DNA of 64,000 bases from a virus, in the IMG/VR virus record IMGVR_UViG_3300020215_000052, positions 753-64,752 of that record; one strand, 5' to 3'. A program made the position numbers and the translations under genes. Each line of letters opens with the position of its first letter. Positions within the stretch are counted from its first letter, which is position 1. Shown piece by piece: positions 27,863 through 38,133 of this stretch. The notes beneath the pieces were generated by a model. That model was not told where the DNA came from and searched no databases. It was given only the letters and a program-made list of their open reading frames with translations.

Positions 27863-28021
27863 ATGGTGACGCACGACGCTCTGCTGGTGTCTCTCTGGGT
27901 GGGATGTCTCCTCGTCGCCTACTTCGTCGGGGTCCTCAGCGGGATGGCCTCCGTCTTTGGGGAGTGGCGCAGGGCCGATGAGGGCCATGAAGCGCTGAAG
28001 CGGCAGAGCGAGGAGGGATGA
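27863..28021 (+). CDS. small membrane protein
   Basis: GGAGG RBS; TM helix. Confidence 0.5.
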   Translation: MVTHDALLVSLWVGCLLVAYFVGVLSGMASVFGEWRRADEGHEALKRQSEEG

Positions 28022-28323
28022 TGCGCCGCTACCCTCCCCCAGGCCAATGGGGCATCGGCCTCGACCCCCGGGCGAGGGGGTTCGACTCGATCGTCCCCCT
28101 CCACCGGAACGCCCTCGGATTCGCCTTGATGCGGAGCATGGAGATGCGGAGGACCGAGCCCCTTCCCCTGCGGATGCGGATGGTGCGCCCCGCGCTGGTG
28201 GCGCTCGCCTTCCTGGCGGGGTTGCTCCTCGGCTGCTCCGGAGCTGGCGCCTTCACGGTGCCGGGACCCGAGGAGCCTACTCCGACGCCCTGCGAGCGGC
28301 CGAGGTGCGGGGGGAGGCGATGA
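28018..28323 (+). CDS. small putative lipoprotein/membrane protein (start uncertain)
   Basis: LLLGC lipobox-like motif. Confidence 0.4.
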   Translation: MMRRYPPPGQWGIGLDPRARGFDSIVPLHRNALGFALMRSMEMRRTEPLPLRMRMVRPALVALAFLAGLLLGCSGAGAFTVPGPEEPTPTPCERPRCGGRR

Positions 28324-28511
28324 ACCTGTGCGAGGCCTGTCGCTACCGCGCCGAGAGCCGGCGTCGGGTGGAGGAGCGGAAGGGGCGCCCGATCCTGGAC
28401 CCAGCGCCGCGGGCCGAGTGCAAGCTGCACGAGGGGTACGGGGTAGAACCGGCAGAGAGCCTGGCGCGGTGCAGGGACTTTGAAGCTCGGGGTGACGGGG
28501 GTGAGCAGTAG
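28320..28511 (+). CDS. small Cys-rich hypothetical protein
   Basis: CEACRY...ECKLH...CRDF. Confidence 0.5.
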   Translation: MNLCEACRYRAESRRRVEERKGRPILDPAPRAECKLHEGYGVEPAESLARCRDFEARGDGGEQ

Positions 28512-28591
28512 AGGGGGCAGCCCGTCGGGGCGGCCCGAGCACCGCCAGGTTGTGGCATGTGCAACGGTAGAGCGATCGTTCGGAGGGCAGC

Positions 28592-30007
28592 GTGGGCAGC
28601 GAGCCATTGGCCATCGAGGACCTTCTGCCGGACCCTCGCAACCCGAGGCGTATCTCTGACCCAGCGCTGGAGGGACTCCAAGCCAGCCTCCGTGCGTTCG
28701 GCGATGTTTCCTTGTGCTGGAATCGTCGCACCGGGGAGATGGTCTCGGGCCACCAGCGGCTCGCCGCGCTCAAGGCGGAAGCCAAGCGCCGAGGCAGTGC
28801 CCTCGCCATCCACGAGCGCGGAGACGAGCGCGCCGACATCGTGCTGCCCGCCGGCAATGGGATGCCTGAGGAGCGGTTCAACCTGCGGATCGTAGACTGG
28901 GACAGGGCGACGCAGACGGCCGCCAACCTGGCGGCGAACAACCCCGGCATCTCGGGCGAGTTCACGCCGGACGTTGGCGCGCTGCTGGAAGAGGTGGAGG
29001 CGTCGTTCCCGGAGTTGTACGACGATTTGAAGCTGGCGGAGATCCTCGAAGAGTTGGGGGAGGAGACCTCGACCGAGAGCAAGCCCGAGGCGGGAGAGGG
29101 ACCGGAAGCGCAAGTGGACCGGGCTGCGGAGCTTGCCGAGGCATGGGGAACGGCGCGTGGGCAGGTGTGGGAGGCGGGGCGGCATCGCGTGATGTGTGGG
29201 GACTGCCGAGATCCCGATGACGTGGCGCGCCTCCTCGATGGGCGCAAGGTCAACGTGGCGTTCACGTCGCCGCCCTACGCATCACAGCGCAAGTACGACG
29301 AGGAAAGCGGGTTCAAGCCCATCCACCCCGATGCCTATGTGGACTGGTTCGAGGCGGTGCAGGCGAACGTCCGCGGCGTGCTCGCTGACGATGGCTCCTG
29401 GTTCGTCAACATCAAGGAGCATTGCGACGACGGCCAGCGCCACCTCTACGTCAAGGATCTGACCATCGCGCACGTTCGGCGGTGGGGATGGCGGTTCGTG
29501 GATGAACTGGTCTGGGTCCACAACGGACTGCCCGGTGCTTGGGATAACCGATTCAAAAACCAGTGGGAGCCCGTCTTCCACTTCTCGGGCGGGAGGGCCA
29601 TCAAGTTCAGCCCGAGGACGGTTGCAAACGCTTCTGAAGTTGCATTTAAGTACAAGGGCAAGTTGAAGGCCAGCGCGACAGGCAACCCGATCTCCTGGTC
29701 CGGATCAGACGTCGACCGAACGGAGGGCATCGCGCTCCCGGGGAACGCTCTGCAACTGGGCAAGTCGCGGGAGCAGAATGCGCATGAGGCGGTCTTCCCC
29801 GTCGGTCTACCCTCCTTCTTCATCCGCGCCTACTCCGACCCCGGCGACTTCATCTTCGATCCCTTCCTCGGGAGCGGCACGACCGTCGTAGCCGCCGAGC
29901 AGGAAGGGCGCGTCGGGATGGGGATGGAGTTGTCGCCCAAATACCTTGGCGTCATTCTGGAGAGGCTGTCTCAGATGGGCCTCACCCCGCGCAAGGTGGA
30001 GGGCTGA
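28592..30007 (+). CDS. ParB-like domain fused to beta-class N4-C/N6-A DNA methyltransferase
   Basis: DPRNPRR...SGHQRL; FTSPPY; IFDPFLGSGTT; upstream of terminase. Confidence 0.88.
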   Translation: MGSEPLAIEDLLPDPRNPRRISDPALEGLQASLRAFGDVSLCWNRRTGEMVSGHQRLAALKAEAKRRGSALAIHERGDERADIVLPAGNGMPEERFNLRIVDWDRATQTAANLAANNPGISGEFTPDVGALLEEVEASFPELYDDLKLAEILEELGEETSTESKPEAGEGPEAQVDRAAELAEAWGTARGQVWEAGRHRVMCGDCRDPDDVARLLDGRKVNVAFTSPPYASQRKYDEESGFKPIHPDAYVDWFEAVQANVRGVLADDGSWFVNIKEHCDDGQRHLYVKDLTIAHVRRWGWRFVDELVWVHNGLPGAWDNRFKNQWEPVFHFSGGRAIKFSPRTVANASEVAFKYKGKLKASATGNPISWSGSDVDRTEGIALPGNALQLGKSREQNAHEAVFPVGLPSFFIRAYSDPGDFIFDPFLGSGTTVVAAEQEGRVGMGMELSPKYLGVILERLSQMGLTPRKVEG

Positions 30008-30579
30008 TGGGCCGCCCGACCGACTGCACACCGGAGTTCATCGACGCCGTGTGCGCGGAGATCCGCAAGAACGGGACGCCCCTCAACATTGCGGCCGAGG
30101 CTCTGGGGGTCAGCAGAACCACGATCTATCAGTGGAGGACACGAGGGGCAGCGGGAGAAGAGCCTTTCCGAACGTTCCGAAACGCTATTGAAGCAGCCAT
30201 TCCAGAGGGGCGCCGCGCCCTCCTGGAGGAGATCCGCCAGGCGGGCAAGGGTGGGGCAAAGCGGGTCAGGGTGACGGTAAAAAAAGAGGTCAAGCGCGGG
30301 CCCGACAAGCGGCCGGTGCTGGGCCCCGATGGAAAGCCCGAGATGATCGAGGTGGAGCGGACCGAGGTAGTCGAGACCCTGGAGCCCCAATGGGCCGCGA
30401 ACGCCTGGATCGCGGAGCGGACGTGTCCCGAGGAGTTTGGGCGGCGGGAGAGGATCGAGCACTCAGGCCCCGATGGTGGACCCATTGAGACGAAGACGCG
30501 GATCGACCTGAGCGGGCTGAGCGAACAGGAGCTGGACATCCTTGAACGGCTTGCAGCACGGAGCCATCGAGATCCCTAG
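30007..30579 (+). CDS. terminase small subunit
   Basis: MGRPTDCTPE, HTH (AAEALGVSRTTIYQW), AWIAERTCPEEFGRRERIEHSGPDGGPI. Confidence 0.8.
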   Translation: MGRPTDCTPEFIDAVCAEIRKNGTPLNIAAEALGVSRTTIYQWRTRGAAGEEPFRTFRNAIEAAIPEGRRALLEEIRQAGKGGAKRVRVTVKKEVKRGPDKRPVLGPDGKPEMIEVERTEVVETLEPQWAANAWIAERTCPEEFGRRERIEHSGPDGGPIETKTRIDLSGLSEQELDILERLAARSHRDP

Positions 30580-32020
30580 CTTGGAGGTCATCCGGGCTGA
30601 ACGGCAGCGGCGTAGAATTGAGCGGGCCCGGGAGTCCTTCCGTGACTTCATTCGCCTTGCCTGGGCCCAGGTTGATCCCCACACCCTCGTGGACGGCTGG
30701 TACCTGGACGCCTTGGCGGAGCACTTCCAGGCCGTGAGCGCCGGCCAGATCCGCCAGCTCGTGGTCAACATCCCGCCCCGCTTCGCCAAGTCCACGATCG
30801 GCTCCGTCCTCTGGCCCGCCTGGGACTGGCTCCAGGATCCGTCGAGGGGGTGGCTGACCGCATCCCACAGCCACAATCTCGCGATCCGGGACGCGGTCAA
30901 GGCACGGCGGCTCATCGAGTCCCCCTGGTACCGTGAGGCCTTCGGCGTGGGGTGGGCCCTGCAGGCGGACCAGAACGCCAAAGGCCGGTACGACAACACG
31001 GAGAAGGGCTACAGGCTCGTCACCTCCGTCGAGGCGAAGACGACCGGCGACGGCGGGGACATCACGCTCTGCGACGATCCCCTGGACGCCCGGGACGCCT
31101 ACAGCCCCGCGGCCATCGAGACCTGTCGGATCTGGTGGAAGGAGGTCTGGAGCTCCCGGGTCAACGACCCCCGGACGTCCCGACGCGTGCTCGTCATGCA
31201 GAGGATACACGAGCAGGATCCAGCGGGCGAGTGCCTGACGGACCCCGGGTGGGAGCGGCTCATCCTCCCGCAGGAGTACTCGCCCAGCGTCTACGTCACG
31301 GCCCTCGGGTGGACGGATCCTCGCACCGAGCCCGGTGAGCTCCTCTGCGAGGAGCGGATGGGGCCGGTTGAGGTGGCGGCCGCCAAACGCAGCCTGGGGC
31401 CGGCCTACGAGGGCCAGCACAACCAGAGGCCGACCCCTCCCGGGGGGCGCATGATCAAGCGGGCCTGGATCCAGCGCTACGACGAGACGCCCCGGGCCAT
31501 GGCGCGGCGCTGCGAGAAATTGATCCAGACGTGGGACTGCACCTTCACCGACGCAGAGGGCTCGGACTGGGTTGTCGGCAACGTCTGGGGATTTGTGGGT
31601 GCTGACGCCTGCCTCCTGGCGAGAGTCCGGGAGAAGCTGGACCTGCCTGGCACCTGTGAGGCGATTCGGAGGCTGACTCTGGCCTGGCCGGCGGCTGCGG
31701 CCAAGTACGTCGAGCGCCGGGCGAACGGCCATGGTGTAATCTCGTCGATGCGCCGGGAGGTGCCGGGCCTTATAGCCTGGCCCCCGGAGGGGTCAGAGTT
31801 CGCCCAGGCGAACAAGATGCAGCGCGTGGCGGCCGTGTTGCCCTACTTCCAGGCGGGGAACGTCTGGCTCCCCACCGAGCCCTGGGCCGACGAGGTGGAG
31901 GAGGAGTGGTGCCGGTTTCCCCTGGGGTCGGATGACCAGGTGGACGCGATGACGATGGCGCTCATCGCCCACTACCTCGAGGGCGACGGCGAGGGGCCCA
32001 CTGTCTGGGCGGTGGAGTAG
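30542..32020 (+). CDS. terminase large subunit
   Basis: VNIPPRFAKS, TLCDDP, VMQRIHEQD, QTWDCTF, DDQVDAMT. Confidence 0.92.
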   Translation: MNGLQHGAIEIPSLEVIRAERQRRRIERARESFRDFIRLAWAQVDPHTLVDGWYLDALAEHFQAVSAGQIRQLVVNIPPRFAKSTIGSVLWPAWDWLQDPSRGWLTASHSHNLAIRDAVKARRLIESPWYREAFGVGWALQADQNAKGRYDNTEKGYRLVTSVEAKTTGDGGDITLCDDPLDARDAYSPAAIETCRIWWKEVWSSRVNDPRTSRRVLVMQRIHEQDPAGECLTDPGWERLILPQEYSPSVYVTALGWTDPRTEPGELLCEERMGPVEVAAAKRSLGPAYEGQHNQRPTPPGGRMIKRAWIQRYDETPRAMARRCEKLIQTWDCTFTDAEGSDWVVGNVWGFVGADACLLARVREKLDLPGTCEAIRRLTLAWPAAAAKYVERRANGHGVISSMRREVPGLIAWPPEGSEFAQANKMQRVAAVLPYFQAGNVWLPTEPWADEVEEEWCRFPLGSDDQVDAMTMALIAHYLEGDGEGPTVWAVE

Positions 32021-32028
32021 GTTTCCAG

Positions 32029-33636
32029 GTGACGGCTGACATGCTCGATAGGGCCCTACGAGAGAGACCCAGTTTTGCGACCAGGTCACACCTGGATGGA
32101 GCCACTATGACTCGCCTGAGCTACAACGCCGCCCTCCAGGCTGACCGCCACCACCGCGCCGTCTATGCCTGCGACGTCTGGAGCCGGGACGTCCGCTACT
32201 ACCAGGGCGAGCTCGGTGGCCGGCTTGGGGCCAAGGTGATGGAGTGGTTCCGCCGCTGGTTCACCCGACCCGCTGACCAGCGGCGGGCGCAGCAAGCGAA
32301 CTTCGCCCAGACGGGCTACCACCACCAAAGATACCTGGCCCGGGTCCTGTCTCTCGCCCACAAGCGGCCCGTGCTGGTCACCGGTGAGGCCACGGCGGCC
32401 GATTGGTGGCCGGCGCTCAGGGACAGTGCTCGCTGGGACTCGGCTTTCCAGCGCAAGTCGCACCTTTTCCACGGGATCGGCAGCTGCGCAATCCGCCCTA
32501 CCTGGGACGATGCAGCTGGTCGGGAGCCGGGGCTGCAGGTACTCCCCCCCACCCACTGGATCGCCCTGGGGACAGCCGCGCGCCCCGAGGAGCCGCTGGC
32601 GGTCTTTGAGCCCATAGAGCCGCTGCCCAGCGATGGCGGCCTCTGGCAGTCGCACTGGATCCAGCACGGCGACTGGGCCGGGAGGCCTGTCCGGGTCTGG
32701 AGCGTCGAGGACCCGCGGGACCCGGTCTACGGGGTTTGGCCCTCGGTTCAGGCGTTCCTAAGGGGGCAGGCGTCCAGCGACTCGGGGCAACTGCTCAGGG
32801 GCTCCTCGTACCCCTGGTGGATGGGCGCATCGCCCGTCCTGCTCCACACCGTCTATAGGGCGGGCGTGGGGGCCGAGGAGGTGAACGACCTGGGGCCCTT
32901 CACAACCCTCGTGATGGCGCTCCAGACGTGGGCGCACTTCGGCACCGTCACCCGGGGCTGGCCCATCCCCGTGGTGGGGACCCACTCGCAGAAGGGCGGA
33001 GCCGGCGCAGACCCGGGTACAACGACTGCCGATCAGGGATCCCTGCTCGCCACGCCGCTCGCGGTGCTGGCCATGCGGAACGTGGACCTTCTGGGGAAGG
33101 TTGAGAGCGCGGTGCCTGACGCGAAGGCACGGCTTGAGATTATCGCCGACATGGCCGCTCAGGCCGCCGAGGTCCACGAAAAGCGACTGGTGAGGCAGCG
33201 GGACGCTACGAGCCCAGCAGCCTCTGGGGTAGCCCTTTCCTGGGACGCCGCCCAGGAGGGCGAGGCGTTCGAGGAGCAGGCCACAGCCTGGGCGGCGCTG
33301 GACGCTGGGGCGGTTCAGCGGCTGCTCATCGTCCGCAACGAGCAGGTAGCAGCCGGCCTCCTCCCTGGACCCGTAGTGCCTGTGGGGGACATCACAGTCC
33401 AGCATCGCTATCGCAAGGGTCCGCAGGTGCTGAGGGAGGAGGCAGCCCGGGAGCTCCAGCTGTTCGACAAGGGGGCCTCAGACCTCGCGCGCCTGCGCCT
33501 CGCCATGCAAGGGAGGGAGGCCACGCCGGAGAACCTAAGATCCGTCCTCGAGGAGTTCGAGCGGGAGGGGGATGGGATCCTGGCGCTTCGCGAGCGGCTC
33601 GCGGGCAGGCTGGCTGACCTCCGGCCTGGAGCTTAG
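32029..33636 (+). CDS. putative portal protein (divergent)
   Basis: 535 aa, positioned between TerL and the head protease. Confidence 0.55.
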   Translation: MTADMLDRALRERPSFATRSHLDGATMTRLSYNAALQADRHHRAVYACDVWSRDVRYYQGELGGRLGAKVMEWFRRWFTRPADQRRAQQANFAQTGYHHQRYLARVLSLAHKRPVLVTGEATAADWWPALRDSARWDSAFQRKSHLFHGIGSCAIRPTWDDAAGREPGLQVLPPTHWIALGTAARPEEPLAVFEPIEPLPSDGGLWQSHWIQHGDWAGRPVRVWSVEDPRDPVYGVWPSVQAFLRGQASSDSGQLLRGSSYPWWMGASPVLLHTVYRAGVGAEEVNDLGPFTTLVMALQTWAHFGTVTRGWPIPVVGTHSQKGGAGADPGTTTADQGSLLATPLAVLAMRNVDLLGKVESAVPDAKARLEIIADMAAQAAEVHEKRLVRQRDATSPAASGVALSWDAAQEGEAFEEQATAWAALDAGAVQRLLIVRNEQVAAGLLPGPVVPVGDITVQHRYRKGPQVLREEAARELQLFDKGASDLARLRLAMQGREATPENLRSVLEEFEREGDGILALRERLAGRLADLRPGA

Positions 33637-33929
33637 GCTGCCTCGCGGACGCTCAGTCCCGCCGCCAGGGCATCGATCGCCGTGGCCGTCACGACCAGGC
33701 CGCCTCTTTCGAGGTGCCACTGTACAGCGAGCGCCGCCAGCCGGGGTGCCTCCCCTGGCAGGCGGAGTGCGGCACACACGGTCACGATTCTGGGCACGGT
33801 AAGCGGTGCCTCCCGCCCGTGCTCCACTTGCCACAGATAGGCCCGGGACACACCAGCCTTGCGCGCGAGCTGGCCGTAGGTCAGTCCTCGCGCCTCCCGC
33901 AGCCTCTTTAGCTCCAGCCCAAATTTCAC
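33633..33929 (-). CDS. XRE-family HTH regulator inside the head module
   Basis: FGLELKRLREARGLTYGQLARKAGVSRAYLWQVEHG. Confidence 0.85.
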   Translation of the reverse strand: MKFGLELKRLREARGLTYGQLARKAGVSRAYLWQVEHGREAPLTVPRIVTVCAALRLPGEAPRLAALAVQWHLERGGLVVTATAIDALAAGLSVREAA

Positions 33930-34072
33930 GGCAGCCCTCCCGTCAGCGTATAGGACCAGCCTAACGGATTTCCGTTGTACCGTCCATCCTTAACTGGACC
34001 CCCGTCCGTCTTTCGTGCTTTTCATGTACGTGTACCGTTTATGTGTGGCCGAAACCGCCGGAGCAGCCCCAG

Positions 34073-35695
34073 ATGCCCGCCATCTCCAGGACGGAGCAGA
34101 GACGCTACGACCCCGACATGGGCCGCGCCGTGCTTGCTGAGTTCCTGGCGGACCCCGCGGTCAGCCTGTCGCCGGACGGGATCTTGGCGCTCGATAGGGC
34201 GGTGCGGAGCGGGGAGCCGATGGGCTTCCTGAGCTTCGGCATGATGGACGATGAAGAGGTGCCGCCCTATCGGGTGGAGGACGGGGTGGCGCTCATCGAT
34301 ATCGCCGGCCCGCTCTTCAGCAAGTGCTCCGAGTGGGCGCGCTGGTGGGGTATCTGGGACTACCAGGCCATCGCCGACGCAGTTCTGCTGGCGGACGCTG
34401 ACCCTCTGGTCTCGGCCATCCATATCGACTGGCACAGCCCCGGCGGTCACTCGGTGGGCGCGGACGACTGCGCGGCGGCGCTCGGCAAGGTGAGCAAGCC
34501 GGCCCGCAGTTACACCCGCACCGCCATGTGCTCGGCCGCCTATCACGTCGGCAGCGTCTTCCCCGTGGGCCTCGCCCGCGATGCCACGGTAGGGTCGATC
34601 GGCACCTACGTGGTGCGAGCGGACCTGTCCGAGGCGCTCGCCAAAGAGGGCATCAAGTATGAGGCGGTGGTCGAGGGTGAGCAGAAGCTTGACGGCGCCT
34701 TCTGGCAGCCCATGAGCGAGGCTGAACGTGCCCGCACCGCAGCCCGGGTGTTTCGGCTGGCGGACATGTTCCGCAGCCGAGTCAGCAAGTCCAGGGGGAT
34801 CAGCAAGGCCGACCTCAAGGCGTTCGACGGAGCCGTCTTCATCGGCTCCGATGCAAAGTCGGCCGGGTTAGCTGACGACATCTTCACGCTCGAAGAGTCC
34901 GTGGCTGAGGCCCGCCGCATGGCCCGGCGCACAGCCCGCGCCTCCTCGGCTGCGGTAGTGGCCCATGCCGCCCCCGCCACCACTTCATCCGCTTCTGCCG
35001 GCGCCCCCGAGCAGCCGGCCATCCTGACCACCGCGGAGGCGCCGAGCCCCGCACGCACGGAGGGCGTCATGCCCAAGCTCGTCCTGACCGCGCTCGCCGC
35101 CATGGCGGGCCTCCCCGAGATCACCGAGGGCAACGAGACCCAGGCGCGGGACTACCTGGCGCAGCTGCAGGCCAAGGCCCAGCAGGCGGACGCCCTCGCC
35201 GCGCAGGTGGAGGCCGGCAAGCAGGTGGCCGCCGAGCTCGGCATTGCCCGCGCTGCCGCCCAGTCGGCCCAGACCCAGGCGCAGGAGGCGTCCGCCAAGC
35301 TGACTGCGCTGGAGGCCGAGAACGCCACGCTGAAGGCCGAGGCCAAGGCGATGCGGGACGAGACCGAGCGCGCCCAGTTCACCGAGGCCGTGCAGGCCCG
35401 GGTCAAGGGGACGCAGTCGGCCGACCTCATCGGGCACGCCGTCACCAAGGCCCAGGCCATCCGAGCCGAGGGGCAGACCCCTGACCAAGCCGTCAAGGCG
35501 CTGGTGGAACGCGACCCCTTCGTCGCCATGGTCCTGCATGCCGACCGGCCCAAGACCGAGAAGCCTCTGCCTGCCGCCGAGCGGGCGGCGCGTGCCTCCG
35601 GCGCCGGTTCGGGTGTGGACCTGAGCGTCTCCGAGACGGGGCGCACCCCTCGCTCCCTGGCGGTCGGAAAGAGCATGCCCGTAGTTCAGGGCTGA
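34073..35695 (+). CDS. S49-family prohead protease fused to scaffold-like coiled coil
   Basis: DWHSPGG, MCSAAYH, VGSIG; Ala-rich helical C-terminus. Confidence 0.85.
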   Translation: MPAISRTEQRRYDPDMGRAVLAEFLADPAVSLSPDGILALDRAVRSGEPMGFLSFGMMDDEEVPPYRVEDGVALIDIAGPLFSKCSEWARWWGIWDYQAIADAVLLADADPLVSAIHIDWHSPGGHSVGADDCAAALGKVSKPARSYTRTAMCSAAYHVGSVFPVGLARDATVGSIGTYVVRADLSEALAKEGIKYEAVVEGEQKLDGAFWQPMSEAERARTAARVFRLADMFRSRVSKSRGISKADLKAFDGAVFIGSDAKSAGLADDIFTLEESVAEARRMARRTARASSAAVVAHAAPATTSSASAGAPEQPAILTTAEAPSPARTEGVMPKLVLTALAAMAGLPEITEGNETQARDYLAQLQAKAQQADALAAQVEAGKQVAAELGIARAAAQSAQTQAQEASAKLTALEAENATLKAEAKAMRDETERAQFTEAVQARVKGTQSADLIGHAVTKAQAIRAEGQTPDQAVKALVERDPFVAMVLHADRPKTEKPLPAAERAARASGAGSGVDLSVSETGRTPRSLAVGKSMPVVQG

Positions 35696-35741
35696 ACCGG
35701 ATCTGACGATGTTGCCGGGCTACCCGGCTGGAGGCTGACCG

Positions 35742-36779
35742 ATGGCTTACACGAATCCCTGGACCGCCAGTGATGTTTCGCCGCTCACGAACGGGCTGAT
35801 CCCCGGCGTGCTGATGTTCGAGGACTCGTGGTTCCCCCACCCCCTGCTCGATCTCGTCGGCATCTCCGAGGCTGTGACCGGCGGCACCGGCATGACCGCC
35901 AACCGCATCCCCGACTTCACGGCGGCTGGGAACGCTACCGAGAACGCGGCCCTGACGCCCACCGACATCCCGACCATCACGGAGATCCAGCCCACCCTGG
36001 TGGGTCGTGGCATCGAGATCGTGCGCACATCCGAAGCCTACAACACCCTCGTGAACCGCGCCGAGTTCGATGAGATGGTGAGGGAGCTTCTCTTCCGGCT
36101 CGCCATCGACGACATCACCCACCTGTCGAGTGCGGCCGGCATCGCCGGGGCGACCTCGGGGGCGACCTCCATCACCACGGACCAGGGCGCCAACGCGACG
36201 CTAACCGGGCTGATGAACGCCATCGACGGCGCAAACAGCGCCGGTAGCGGTCCCACACGGGGCATCTACGACGACGTCGGCATCCGTGGCCTGGTGGACG
36301 ATATCATCACCAACGGTGCCGCGTTCGTAAGTTCGAACGCCCTGGAAGAGTCGGTCCGGCGTCTCGTGGTCGAGGGCGCCCACAACGTGGACAAGCCAGG
36401 CGATACCGGGATCGTCTTCTACGGCTGCCGGCTCTACCGCACCAACAAGACCGCGCAGTTGTACACCAACGGAGGCAATACCTACGGGATCGTCATGCGC
36501 GACCTGACCCGCGACCCGAAGGTGCAGCCCCCTCTGCGGCTGATGGGCCGCCGGGACCCCATGGCTGCCTGGCAGGGGACGCCGATGGCGCGAGCGGGCT
36601 TCGTCTCCATGTTCGCCACGCTGGGCCCCAACGCCGAGATCGGCATCGGGCACGGTTACGACCTCAGCGACGCCGGTGCCTCTACGGCCAAGGCGGAGCG
36701 ACTCCAGTGGGTGGTTGACACTATCCTGGCCAACGCCACCAAGATCCGCACGCACCAATACAGCACCACCTTGGTCTGA
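35742..36779 (+). CDS. putative major capsid protein
   Basis: 345 aa after protease/scaffold; ATENAALTP..I motif of capsid E-loop region. Confidence 0.7.
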   Translation: MAYTNPWTASDVSPLTNGLIPGVLMFEDSWFPHPLLDLVGISEAVTGGTGMTANRIPDFTAAGNATENAALTPTDIPTITEIQPTLVGRGIEIVRTSEAYNTLVNRAEFDEMVRELLFRLAIDDITHLSSAAGIAGATSGATSITTDQGANATLTGLMNAIDGANSAGSGPTRGIYDDVGIRGLVDDIITNGAAFVSSNALEESVRRLVVEGAHNVDKPGDTGIVFYGCRLYRTNKTAQLYTNGGNTYGIVMRDLTRDPKVQPPLRLMGRRDPMAAWQGTPMARAGFVSMFATLGPNAEIGIGHGYDLSDAGASTAKAERLQWVVDTILANATKIRTHQYSTTLV

Positions 36780-37360
36780 TGGCTTGGAATGCCTTCCGCA
36801 CCCCTGTGGAGCGCCACATGAAGTACCCATACATGCTGGACGTTTGGGACCTGGGCGGCGGGTTCGACCCTGATGCTCTGCCCGACATCCGCGTGCTGGA
36901 GATCGGCGGGCCCAGCGACGAGGCCAACATCAGACTCCAGTTCCGGCCGCAATGTGTGCCGACGCTCTTTCCGGTTACCGACGTGATTGGCCCCAGCCGG
37001 CTCGAATGGCATGGGCGGTTGGAACGAGGAAGCGACGAGGCAGCGGCTTACGAGCACTATAAGCGACAGGTGCTGACGCCGCAGGGGCTGCGGGCCTTCC
37101 TGGCGGCGTACGGCGACAAGGCCCCAGCTTCGGTGCGCAGGATGGCGCAGTCAGTGCTGGACAACAACCCAAACACCGAGGAGAGCGGTGATGGAAGTAG
37201 GCCACCCCGAGCGGCGGAATACGCGGACCCCGAAGGGCACGCCAGCCACGAGGGAGCCCCGGAAGGGGTCAAGGACACCGATCCCTCCCGAGGGACCGAG
37301 CGGCGGCAGCCGGGACGTCCGCTGGTACATAGACGCGGAAACGCGGGCGGTCATCGCTGA
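36779..37360 (+). CDS. hypothetical virion-module protein
   Basis: TGATG coupling to the capsid gene. Confidence 0.5.
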   Translation: MAWNAFRTPVERHMKYPYMLDVWDLGGGFDPDALPDIRVLEIGGPSDEANIRLQFRPQCVPTLFPVTDVIGPSRLEWHGRLERGSDEAAAYEHYKRQVLTPQGLRAFLAAYGDKAPASVRRMAQSVLDNNPNTEESGDGSRPPRAAEYADPEGHASHEGAPEGVKDTDPSRGTERRQPGRPLVHRRGNAGGHR

Positions 37361-38075
37361 GGGGCGCCTGCTCGACGTCAAGCGGCACCTCCACCAGGAG
37401 GCGGAGATCGCTGGCATCGGGATGACGATCGGCATACGCGAGGACCACTACCAGGAAATAGTGGACCTCTGGGCCGTCGAGACCAAGGACGGTGGACTCG
37501 TCCCCGATCTGACGACCGGGGAGATCGTCCCCCACGTTCTCACCGTGCCCTACGCCTACCCGAGACCGCAAGAGGTGGGGCCAAACGGGCTGCGGATGCT
37601 GGAGCGCCAGCGTGTGAGCGCCTTCGCCACCGACCAGGCGCGCTATCACCTCCCCGTGCACCAGGTGATTGGCCTCTCAGAGCCGGCATGGGTGGGCACC
37701 ACCAATGCCGCCCACCTTCGGGACCGCAGGAAGTGGTCGCGGCGCCTGTTCGAGCCTGAACGGCTTCAGGCGTTCATCGACATGTTCGAGCACCGCTTCC
37801 TGCTCAACTGGGACGTGCTCGACGCCAGCAAGGTGACGCACCGGATCGAGTTCCGCATCAGCCAAGCCTCCGGCAGGAACGCCACCGACAAGGCAAGTCG
37901 GCTCACCACGGCGCTGCAGCGAGCGCGGGCGGAGTTGGCGCTACTGCGGGGGATCTACGTGGCGGTGCGGGAGCGGGACATGAGCAAGGCCAAGAGCCTC
38001 CACGCCCAACTCGCCACGATAGATGCGAGGTTCGAGGCCGCCACGCAGGCGGCAAACCCCTTCGTGGGGAACTGA
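37188..38075 (+). CDS. hypothetical virion-module protein
   Basis: ORF with RBS; overlaps previous ORF by 173 nt. Confidence 0.55.
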   Translation: MMEVGHPERRNTRTPKGTPATREPRKGSRTPIPPEGPSGGSRDVRWYIDAETRAVIAEGRLLDVKRHLHQEAEIAGIGMTIGIREDHYQEIVDLWAVETKDGGLVPDLTTGEIVPHVLTVPYAYPRPQEVGPNGLRMLERQRVSAFATDQARYHLPVHQVIGLSEPAWVGTTNAAHLRDRRKWSRRLFEPERLQAFIDMFEHRFLLNWDVLDASKVTHRIEFRISQASGRNATDKASRLTTALQRARAELALLRGIYVAVRERDMSKAKSLHAQLATIDARFEAATQAANPFVGN

Positions 38076-38133
38076 AGACCCGGCGCCGCCTCCTCGGAGA
38101 GGGAGTGGTGGCCGACCCGGCGAGCCTGCCGGG

